A stretch of DNA of 63,114 nt, filler included, from Octopus bimaculoides (Eukaryota), in the NCBI RefSeq assembly GCF_001194135.2. It is 5 parts of 4 records of this genome, joined end to end, with 100 filler letters (N's around TTAATTAATTAA, not from the genome) between each part and the next. Parts side by side here need not be neighbours in the genome. Positions count along the whole stretch, not along the records: positions 50,136 to 58,894 come from NC_068984.1; positions 58,995 to 63,114 come from NC_069002.1; 3 more parts are not named here. One strand, written 5' to 3'. The position numbers and the translations under genes are program-made. This document shows, in pieces, positions 53,045 to 63,114 of the stretch. How positions within the stretch are numbered: position 1 is the stretch's first letter; each line of letters opens with the position of its first letter. The notes beneath the pieces were generated by a model, which searched no databases, was not told where the DNA came from, and was given only the letters and a program-made list of their open reading frames with translations.

Positions 53045-53431
53045 GTGGAGGCGCAATGGCCCAGTGGTTAGGGCAGCGGACTCGCGGTCATAGGATCGCG
53101 GTTTCGATTCCCAGACCGGGTGTTGTGTGTGTTTATTGAGCGAAAACACCTAAAGTTCCACGAGGCTCTGGCAGGGGATGGTGGCGAACCCTGCTGTACT
53201 CTTCCACCACAACTTTCTCCCACTCTAACTTCCTGTTTTTGTTGTGCCTGTAATTCAAAGGGTCGGCCTTGTCACACTGTGTCACGCTGAATATCCCCGA
53301 GAACTACGTTGAGGGTACACATGTGTGTGGAGTGCTCAGCCACTTGCACGTTAATTTCATGAGCAGGCTATTCCGTTGATCGAATCAACTGGAACCCTCG
53401 ACGTCGTAAGCGACGGAGTGCCAACAACATC
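53045..53431 (+). mobile_element. tRNA-derived SINE family D
   Basis: A-box TGGCCCAGTGG at 53057; B-box-like gtttcgattcc at 53101; 8-bp TSD ctcattgt. Confidence 0.9.
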
Positions 53432-53799
53432 CTCATTGTATCAAGCCATGCTTACTTTTCATTTCGATATCATACGGAATATTATTTGTCGATCTTTTCC
53501 TCTTTAATATCCATTCAGAACTAATGACTCTTTGTTTGCATAAACGCTCTACATCGCTCAAATATTTTAACTTTTTATCCGACAAATGAAAGTTGCTTTT
53601 CCTTAGACGTGATTTCTTCTCTAACAAACTTCCCGATGAGATGCCTTATTACGCAAAGATCACGCTCTAATTTCTTTTAACCCAATCGTTTTCAAAATAT
53701 TTGCATCACGAATTGCTTTAGTCTTAATATTTTTAATTCGCCCATATTTATCAATCCAGCTGGCTCACTCAATTTCTCTACCCTTTTTTTTTCTTTACA

Positions 53800-53913
53800 T
53801 ATTTTTCTCCAACCCCGTCCCTCTCCCTCTCTCTCTCTCTCTCTCAATCTCTATCTTTCACAGTCTCTCTCTCACAATCTCCCTCTAACAATCTCTCTTT
53901 CACAATCTCTCGC

Positions 53914-53944
<31 letters not shown>

Positions 53945-54050
53945 ATCTCTCTCTCTCTCTAACAATCTCTCTCTCTCTCTCTCGATCTTTCTCTCCCTCT
54001 CTCTCTCCCTCTCCCTCTTCCTCTCCCTCTCTCTCTCCCTCTTTCTTCCT
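53800..54050. repeat. Compound (CT)n polypyrimidine tract
   Basis: Directly visible, with acaatctct variant units. Confidence 0.9.
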
Positions 54051-55354
54051 CAAAGCCAAATTAACACTAAATATATAATATTCTCTCAAGCATTTTCATT
54101 ACAACTTGATAATGCGGAAGATAAAACTACTTCAAAAGTAATCATGAATCTTTTCATTTTCATCTTCATAAAAATTTTATATTGTTCTATTTCTAGTGTT
54201 GAGTTCTTTGTTGTCTGTACTTCTCCAGTACAATGGGATTATTCTAACATATCTGTGTATATATGTTCGTGTGAATATGTATGTGTGTGTGTTTTTATGT
54301 AGGTATGTAGGTAGGAGGGTATTACTATTTTTTTTTTATTTGTTTCTATTCTTGTTGGTAGTTGCTGCTTTAACCAATATTACTCATACTAAATTTTAAC
54401 AAATATATAATCCCCTTTGAAAAGAAATGCCAAATTTATATTTTCTGCCAAGTCACAAGACTCGTGCAGTCAACGAACTTCTGTTAACTATACAAATGAT
54501 AGCATAAATTCTAATGTGGAAAAGCAAAAGGAAAGAAATAAAGAAATCAGAATACTTTGACTTTAAAAAAAAAAAGACATAGTTCTGACATTCTCAATCA
54601 TGCCAAGAAACGTTTTCAAATTATTTGATTCTTTTATCAATATTTTGAATACGAAATATCAAAAGTTATGATAATAAAAAGACCACTGAATCCATCCTTC
54701 CGACTCTGTTGGTATCTTTCTATCTAGCTATCTGGTTGTCTATCACTATTTCTATCAAGCCATCTCTATCTATCTTATATATCTATCTGTTTCTATAGCT
54801 GTTATATTTGTGTTTTTGTAGATTGTTTTTTGGGGGTTTTTGGGGGTTTTTCTAACTTTTCAGCATCCACTCTTTCGTTCATTTTCTTCCTTTCACTTTT
54901 ATTCCCGTCTCGTCTGCAACCTTTGATAATGTTATTTCATGGTTGTCGTTTGGTGACACGAAATTTCGACAAATGCGGAAAGAAAAGAGACTTCATTTTT
55001 GTTATCTATTTTCCCTAGCAAAATAATAACTATCTTGTTCAATTCTTCTCTATCATTTCCCGCTTCTCTTACCTGCATTTATTCTTTATCTTATTTCCTT
55101 CAATCTCTTTCTCTCTCCCTCTCCCTCTCTCTCTCATTATGTTTCTGTTTATTTATCTATCTATCTATCTATCGACTTTCCTGTCTTTCAGTTTATTCAA
55201 AAAGAAGAGCAGCAACGAGTCTTTTTCTTTTTCACCATCAATTTATGTGCAGACATGAGGTTAAGCGTTCAAGAGCATGGTTGTGTGTTATTTTAGCTTG
55301 AGTGTAAGTGTATACTCGAGTGTGTAAGTACGCGTGTACGGTTATCTACAACTG

Positions 55355-55767
55355 TGGAGACGCAATTGCCTAGTGATTAGGGTAGCGGATTCGCGGTCGT
55401 AGGATCGCGGTTTCGAGTCCCAGACCGGGCGTTGTGAGTGTTTATTGAACGAAAACACATAAAGCTCCACGAAGCTCCGGCAGGGTGTGGTGGCAAACCC
55501 TGCTGTACTCTTTCACCACCACTTTCTCGCACTCTTTCTTCCTGCTTCTGCTGTGCCTGTATTTCAAAGGGCCGACTTTGTCTGCTGTACCTGTATTTCA
55601 AAGGGCTGGCCTTTCAAAGGGCCACGCTGAATGTCCCCGTGAACTACGTTATGGGTACACGTGTCTGAGGAGTACGCACCCACTTGCACGTTAATTTTAC
55701 GAGCAGGCTGTTCCGTTGATCGGATCAACTGGAACACTTGTCGTCGTAACCGCCGGAGTGCCCCGAA
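55355..55767 (+). mobile_element. SINE family D, second copy with an internal 34-bp tandem duplication
   Basis: Colinear with the 53045 copy; TSD tatcta(c/t)aactg at 55343 and 55768; duplication units at 55548 and 55582. Confidence 0.9.
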
Positions 55768-56227
55768 TATCTATAACTGATTCTTTATACTTCCCAACAG
55801 AAATCATTTAACCACTTCTTTACTATTCANNNNNNNNNNNNNNNNNNNNNNNNNNNNNNNNNNNNNNNNNNNNNNNNNNNNNNNNNNNNNNNNNNNNNNN
55901 NNNNNNNNNNNNNNNNNNNNNNNNNNNNNNNNNNNNNNNNNNNNNNNNNNNNNNNNNNNNNNNNNNNNNNNNNNNNNNNNNNNNNNNNNNNNNNNNNNNN
56001 NNNNNNNNNNNNNNNNNNNNNNNNNNNNNNNNNNNNNNNNNNNNNNNNNNNNNNNNNNNNNNNNNNNNNNNNNNNNNNNNNNNNNNNNNNNNNNNNNNNN
56101 NNNNNNNNNNNNNNNNNNNNNNNNNNNNNNNNNNNNNNNNNNNNNNNNNNNNNNNNNNNNNNNNNNNNNNNNNNNNNNNNNNNNNNNNNNNNNNNNNNNN
56201 NNNNNNNNNNNNNNNNNNNNNNNNNNN

Positions 56228-56540
56228 ATACTGTAATTACTGGGCCTTATGATATGCAACACTGCCTAAATACCAATCTTGAGGAATTAGGCTTCTCAAA
56301 CTAGAAAGGAGAAAGCTAATTCAAAGACTACAGATCCAGTCCATCACTGGAACTGTAAAAACTTGTAAAACTTTCCAGAAGTTTATCATTTGAATATATA
56401 TCAGCATGTCTAGATATCTAACTATATGCATGAGAATACATACATAAAACATACAAATCTGCACATACATACATACATACATACATACATACATACACAC
56501 ATACATACATACATACATACATACATACATACATACATAC
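56228..56540 (+). mobile_element. Second R4/Dong-like 3' fragment, degenerate
   Basis: Aligns by eye to about 3900-4200 (cactgcctaaataccaatctt ... atatatcagcatgtctagatat ... (TACA)n); its 5' side is cut by a gap. Confidence 0.75.
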
Positions 56541-56674
56541 ATAGACACACGGACACAAATGCGTGTGCGCATGCACTCAGCGCACGTTTTCGCCAGTTGA
56601 ACTCAACTTGCAGATGTTTACGTTGAGCAGCAACCGATTCGATTGCATCAATCAGCGTGGGTCTTAAAAAGAAA

Positions 56675-56715
<41 letters not shown>

Positions 56716-57719
56716 GCACATACACACACACACACACACACATACACAAACACATACACACTAACACTAACTCAGATGTTAACACTAACACAAGAATATA
56801 TGGCAAGACGTTTAATACGTGTTACCTTTATAACAGTATGCATGTGTGACATACTTCAACAGATACAGCTGTCTTTTTTATACACTCCCCTCCATATATA
56901 TATATATATATATATATACATTCCACAAATGAATGAATTTATGAATAAATAGATAAATAAACAAACTACTCCAAAGTTGATAAAAGGCACACACACACTC
57001 ACACAAAATGAAAGAGGCAAAAAAATAAGAAAGGAACAAATAAACAAGATTAAAACAATTAAAAAGAAGAAAATTCGTTGGTGAAAAGCTTGTTAGATAG
57101 CTGTTATCTTCGATATCCATACAAGTGTTTCCAGAAACATTACTTAAGCACATCGAAAGCTCACACGTCGTGATATTTCTTGCTGATTATATGATGTACG
57201 TGTTATAAGGAGTTTTGAAATTAGAGTATATGTAGAGAAACTCTTGCTTTGTTTTTTTTTTGCTTTGATTTTTTTTTTCTGTTTTTTCTATTTTATCAGA
57301 TAATGGTAATTTTTCTATGGGAAATACAAAAAATAATGTTGGGGGCAAGAGGTTTCAGTATGCGTTTGCATGATNNNNNNNNNNNNNNNNNNNNNNNNNN
57401 NNNNNNNNNNNNNNNNNNNNNNNNNNNNNNNNNNNNNNNNNNNNNNNNNNNNNNNNNNNNNNNNNNNNNNNNNNNNNNNNNNNNNNNNNNNNNNNNNNNN
57501 NNNNNNNNNNNNNNNNNNNNNNNNNNNNNNNNNNNNNNNNNNNNNNNNNNNNNNNNNNNNNNNNNNNNNNNNNNNNNNNNNNNNNNNNNNNNNNNNNNNN
57601 NNNNNNNNNNNNNNNNNNNNNNNNNNNNNNNNNNNNNNNNNNNNNNNNNNNNNNNNNNNNNNNNNNNNNNNAATAATAGTTGAATCCTTCTTCACATAAA
57701 CACACGTCCAAGCATATAA

Positions 57720-58259
57720 GTCCACATTCACATTACACATACATGCATACATACATACATACATACATGCATACAAGCATACATACATACATGCATACAT
57801 ACACGCATACATACGTAAATACATACATACACACATACATGTATGCATACATGCATATATACACGCATACATACGTAAATACATAGATTCATACATACAT
57901 GCATACATACAAATATGCATACATGAATACGTACGTACATACATACATACATACATACATACATACATACATAAATGCGCACATATACACACATACATGT
58001 TCTTTTTTATTTTTTTATTCTCCGTTTTCGAAACAGGAAGAAAATCGATTATGCCACTTCTGAAGAACGGTCAACAAACTGTGAAAGTGTCCGTTAGAAG
58101 TATCCCCAATTCTTTTTCTGCACATCGAAAAGGCATAGAAGGAATATTTTACCTTTTTTGTAATTTCCTATCACAGCTAAGGTTTTCTATTTAGTTTTAA
58201 TTTCACTTCCACTGATTCATACTGTGCTGCGCATTGTGTGTGTGTGTATGTGTGTGTGT

Positions 58260-58305
<46 letters not shown>

Positions 58306-58425
58306 GCGCGCGCGCGTATGTATATGTGTGTGTGTGTGCGTGTGTGCGCGCGCGTATGTATATGTGTGTGTGTGTGTGCGCGTGTGCGCGCGCGCGTATG
58401 TATATGTGTGTGCGTGTGTGTGTGA
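57720..58425. repeat. (TACA)n and (TG)n/(CG)n compound microsatellites with higher-order units
   Basis: Directly visible. Confidence 0.9.
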
Positions 58426-58823
58426 ATGAGCCAAAAGAAATAACTCCGAGAAGCCAGTGACATTTATTTGAAAAACAGGTAAATACATGTATCTCAAATA
58501 CATCAAATATCATACCAAATCTTTCTAGTTTTGGTTTATCAAAATTATCTCCCCTCAAGAGGTTATGTCATAATTACTAAATGTTAATTAAGTCTAGCTA
58601 CATATGAAAGAAGACATAATTTCAAGAATCAAGACTTGTTCAAATTTGTTATGCCATCAGTGAAAAGGATAAGCAAGGTGAATAGAGTTAAGAGAACAGC
58701 CGTAGACACGTGTTTCTTTCCCAATAGCTGTCAGTGGCAGGTCAATTGTCCAACCTTATCTCCGGTAGCCAAAGGGCTTAGACTTATATCAAACAGGAAA
58801 CATTTATGGCCTGAGCAAATTGC

Positions 58824-58863
<40 letters not shown>

Positions 58864-58894
58864 CATACATACATACATACATACATACATACAT

Positions 58895-58994
58895 NNNNNN
58901 NNNNNNNNNNNNNNNNNNNNNNNNNNNNNNNNNNNNNNTTAATTAATTAANNNNNNNNNNNNNNNNNNNNNNNNNNNNNNNNNNNNNNNNNNNN
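58895..58994. other. Artificial join spacer
   Basis: N44-TTAATTAATTAA-N44. Confidence 0.95.
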
Positions 58995-59868
58995 TTAGTG
59001 TTTATTATTTTGTATATGATTGTTTTCCTACTTGTTTCCTCTAATATGTGTTGGGGTATGTTTAAATGTACTTCACCGCTTTCTTTGGTGATCAACTTCC
59101 TCATTTCTATGATTTCTTTTGTCGTGTAGGACACAACAGTTTCTCTTTGCTTCAAAGCTTCAGCAAAGTTTTTGTTTTTGTTATTGTTGTTATTGTTGTT
59201 GCTGGTGCTGGCACTGGTATTGGTGGCAGATGTGGTATTTCTGACTGTGTCAGTGGTGTTGTGGCTTGTATTCATTTTTCCTTCCTCTCTTTCGCTTGCT
59301 GCTGATGAAGAGAGCAAAGGTTGAGTTGAACTGTTGCTGCTGCTGTTGTTGTTGTTGTCGTTGTTGTTGTTGGTGGTGGTAATGATGGCGTCAGCAGAAA
59401 TGGTGTTGACGTCAGAGACGTCGTCTGTGTACTGTTTTGTAACCTTGGTTACAGTTTTGTTTTTGTTGTTGGTGGTGGTGGTGGCGGTGTTAACTTTCAT
59501 GTTAACACTTTCATCTGTGTGTGTGAAGTTCTTTTCCCCTTTTCTCCATTCTCTTGTTTAAATGTGAGGAAGGGAGACTAGGAAATTCTTTTTCGAACGA
59601 AACACTGCAAAATTCAGCGTTCGTTTGACGAAATTTCTCATGGCTAGAAGACGCCATCGTCCCAAAATAAAAATGACTAGAAAGCCGAAATTAATTTTTA
59701 AAACCTGGAAATGTGCCACACAGGGCAGATTTCCGTTGCAAAAAACTTGCACCAGAGAGTCTATAAGTTGTTGTACAACTTTCTATATAAAATTAACTTT
59801 ACAAACAAACTTTTTAAAGCATAAAAAAGGCAAAACTTATGGAGCCGACACGTCTATCATTCGTCCAT
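58995..59868 (-). mobile_element. 5' part of a second, related ORF1 element in head-to-tail tandem
   Basis: Shares NFAEALKQ/NFANALRQ and TIIYKIINT/TIIYKILNS plus 5' UTR blocks with the 59950-62285 element; cut by a spacer. Confidence 0.7.
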
Positions 59869-59902
59869 ATAGATAGATAGATAGAGAGAGAGATAGATAG
59901 AG

Positions 59903-59949
<47 letters not shown>

Positions 59950-59950
<1 letters not shown>

Positions 59951-62285
59951 TTCTTTATTAGCCACACAGGGCTCAACACAGATGGGACAAATACAATGTA
60001 AAGTTTTTCTTTTTGAGGGGGAATAAAGTAAAAAAAAAAACAAAGAAACAAACATGGGGATAATGATCAAAAGGCATCGAAAAACGTTTGGGGTATGTAC
60101 AAAAAAAAAGAAGAAAAAAAAACAAAAAACAAAATAATACAAAAACTTCCCAAGAAATGGGGAGGTTATCCGTGGAAAGAAAACCTACGAAAAGACCACG
60201 GTAACCTCGGGCATTAATGTCACAAATTGAAAAAAATTTTTATTTACGAAAGAAACGTAAGTAACTCTCTGCTTAAAAAGAAAGGAACAGAGAGTTACTT
60301 ACCGTTCGAAAGTTCAGTTGTTCTTTCCTTTGAATTTTCATTAAGGAGGCTACTGTAAAGTTTTTTGCTAAATATTTTTGGCATCCCCCTACTGTGTTGG
60401 GGTAGAGGGATTTTAAAGTGTGGTGCAATGTTGGCCTGATATGATATATTTTTATGTGATTAGGTGGCGTCGTGTATGAGTGATTGTTTGTTTTGATGTT
60501 GTTTTCTGTCATGTTTGTTTTTGTATTTATGTAGTTCATTAATTCTGTGTTTGTAGTGTCTATTGCTGTGAGCATGTTTTCTGTATGTGTTCTTGTGGTG
60601 TTGATGTTGTTTGTGGTGTTTGGAGACGGTATTTTCAGGAGATGTATATCTCCCTGCTTTGTTGGTGTTTGCATTTGGCTTGGTTCTTTTTTTACTCCTT
60701 TTCCTCCTTCCTTTTCTGGCTATTTGCCACTTCTCACTACTTTCGTCCTCAGACGAGAGTTCTGAGGAATCGGAAGGGGGTAAGGGAATGTTGTGTGCTT
60801 GTGTGTTTGTTTATTGAAGGTTGTTGATTGTCTGCTTGTGGTGAATGTGATGTGAGGGAAGGGGAATCAGTTTTTGTATTGTCTTTTGCTTTTACTGTTT
60901 CCTTAGTTCTTGTAGTTGTTGTTTGTGGTTTTTTTGGGTACATTTGTTGGTGTAGGTGGGTTTGGTTTGTAGGATTCTTCTGTCTTGCTCCTTTTGCTCG
61001 TTCTTTGTGTTGGTGGTGGTGTGGGTAGTAGGGGTCCTTTTTTGGCTGTTTTTCCTTCTTGTGGTTGTTGGTTTTCTGTTGCTGTTGGGCAATCATTTTT
61101 GAGGTGCCCTTCGATGCCACACAGGTAGCATCAAGGGTGTGGCTGTCTGGCAGCTCAATTTGAGTTGGAATTTTTTCTATTTCTTCATTCTTAATTTGTA
61201 AGAGGGCATCGATTTTTTTTCCCATTCCAGTTTTCCTGCTCTAATGCAGTAATTTCCAGAATGTTCATGTCTCCCTCCATCTGGTAACAAATAGCTGATA
61301 ACAGCCATTGTGGTTCCACTTCTGGAGGGACGTTTTTTATTGATACCCTGGTTACCCTTTCTCCAAGGTACATGGGAACCAATATTATATGCTCGGAACG
61401 AAGAGTCAGTGTGGACAGCTCCTTCGCTTTCTCTTCGCTGTTAAACCGAACTTGTATGGTGGCGAACTTGTTCCACCAGCTTATATGTAGGTCTTGTGGG
61501 CCTATATGGGACGCAAGCATTTTTCAATCATTTCTGTTGCTGGATGCTCTGGTTTTCCTATTTTTGAGTTCAAAATCTTGTATATGATGGTTGTTTTTTG
61601 TACATTATGAATGATTTTTTTCTGGTATTTTTAATTTCAGATTTGATCCTTGTTGGCTTAATAGTGTTTTTGTTTCTTGTATTTCTTTTGTTGTGAAGTG
61701 CAAAATCGTTTTTTTTTTTGTCTGAGTGCATTAGCAAAGTTCGTTTTTTTTGTTGTTGTTGTCACTGGTGGTGGTGGTGTCGGTAGCTGGCGAGACTGCT
61801 GTAGTAGCAGAGACTTTGGTCGCGGTTGGTTTTGATACACTGTTGTTGTTGTTGTTGCTGGTGGTGGTCGTCGCAGACGTAGTTTTCATATTGGTGGTGG
61901 TGGTGAGAGGACTGTCAACAGGTGAGGTTGCTGTCTTCATGACGTTTGTAGAAATTTCTTTTGTGTCTGTTTGTGTGCGCGTGCAGTTCTCGTTCTTTTG
62001 CTTATCTAGTGTTCCAAGGCTAAGGAAATGCTGGTCGATGAACGAACTCAACCAGCGTTCCAATACAATGTTTCTCGACATTTTTCAAATGTCGAAAAAA
62101 AAATTATATATTTAGATGGCACTGAAACTGCCCCTAGGGGCCAGTTCCTCCCTTCGAAAAACACACAAATGAAGCTTGGGTGCTTCGCACAGATTATATA
62201 CAAAAATTTAAAACAAATGTGGTCAATAAACAGGTCAAATAAAGGTTTACCTCTGCAGCTGATGTGACAGCATGTCCGTCAGTAG
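59950..62285 (-). mobile_element. ORF1-only Tx1/L1-like non-autonomous retroposon, degenerate
   Basis: Thr/Asn-rich N-terminus; RRM-like segment (ORF 61191..61520); CCHC knuckle CYLCGIEGHLKNDC at 61130-61089; 3' AATAAAG plus (ATCT)n; no endonuclease or RT motif seen. Confidence 0.7.
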
Positions 62286-63114
62286 AGGTAGGTAGGTAGG
62301 TAGGTAGGTAGGTAGGTAGATAGATATATAGATAGATAGACAGACAGACAGACAAACAGATAGATAGATACAGATATTTATAGGAAGTCAGTTACATGTC
62401 CGATCATAGAGTGACCAATGGTTTTTCATCCATAAAGCGGTTAGTTTTACAGACAGCATGTCAGACTCCAATGGCCGTGGGCATATGCTCTGTCTTTGAA
62501 CTGGAGGTAAGAAAACCATTACAGTCAGTTAATTTGTAAACAAAAGAATATTATACACTGTCTGAGTAACTGGCCTTTAGCAGCAAGCAACTCCTTTAAC
62601 CAACGTAGGACATACCCTTAACAACTGAACATTCAGTAGTAAATTCTATAGCCAAAGCAAGAAGCCTTTGTCAAACTGATTCAATTACACTCTTCCTTCA
62701 TAGCAATTGAGCTATTTATATCTACCCCACTGTCTATTCTGCTCTCTTTGTGTATGTATACATACACACACACACAAATATAGATATATTTGTATATATA
62801 ACACACACACACAAATATAGATATATTTGTATATATAACACACACATATGTGTATCAATGTGAGTGTGTGTATATAACACACACACATGTAATGTATGTA
62901 CATGTGTGGTATATGTATATATGTGTGAAGTGAGTATAGATAAATAAATTGCTACTTGCCTCTCACACCTCCTGACTTTGTTTTATATATATACATGTAT
63001 ATAGTTATGCACACACACACACACACACATAGAATACTTAGAAAAGTTTCAGCCAGAACTGGCCCAGGCCATGGATAACTTAATAGCACCACCTGGAAAC
63101 AGACATTTAAATTT

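Noticed and set aside
53045-53125. tRNA gene (also considered at 2862 and 55355)
   Set aside because: A and B boxes are present but they continue into repeated SINE bodies, with TSDs around the 53045 and 55355 copies; no complete cloverleaf

Overview
AT-rich, microsatellite-dense animal genomic DNA. The repeat families look octopod cephalopod to me (recognition and inference, not a database result). The window is a draft scaffold of five blocks joined by artificial 100-nt N44-TTAATTAATTAA-N44 spacers, with eight further N gaps. The only supported host gene is a + strand p38 MAP kinase. Seven exons (26799-39396), equivalent to vertebrate MAPK14 exons 5-11, splice in frame from YVHSAEITHR through DLKPGN, DFG and TGY to LEAWR. 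The 5' exons and a confident terminal exon were not found. The exon 8/9 intron is U12-type (GTATCCTTT donor, TTCCTTAAC branch site) and must end in a non-canonical CG to keep the frame. The rest is largely mobile DNA: several tRNA-derived SINE families, RTE LINE pieces (one with a PHD finger in ORF2), two R4/Dong-like 3' ends, a Helitron-like element, a hAT MITE, and two tandem ORF1-only Tx1/L1-like elements in (GATA)n. Top leads: (1) two hammerhead ribozyme motifs, one within a ~390-nt partly tandem, partly inverted retrozyme/Penelope-like unit in a p38 intron; (2) the GT-CG minor intron; (3) the microsatellite-embedded ORF1-only retroposons. Nearly all ORF-track entries are microsatellite or N artefacts. 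Repeat boundaries were read by eye and are approximate.
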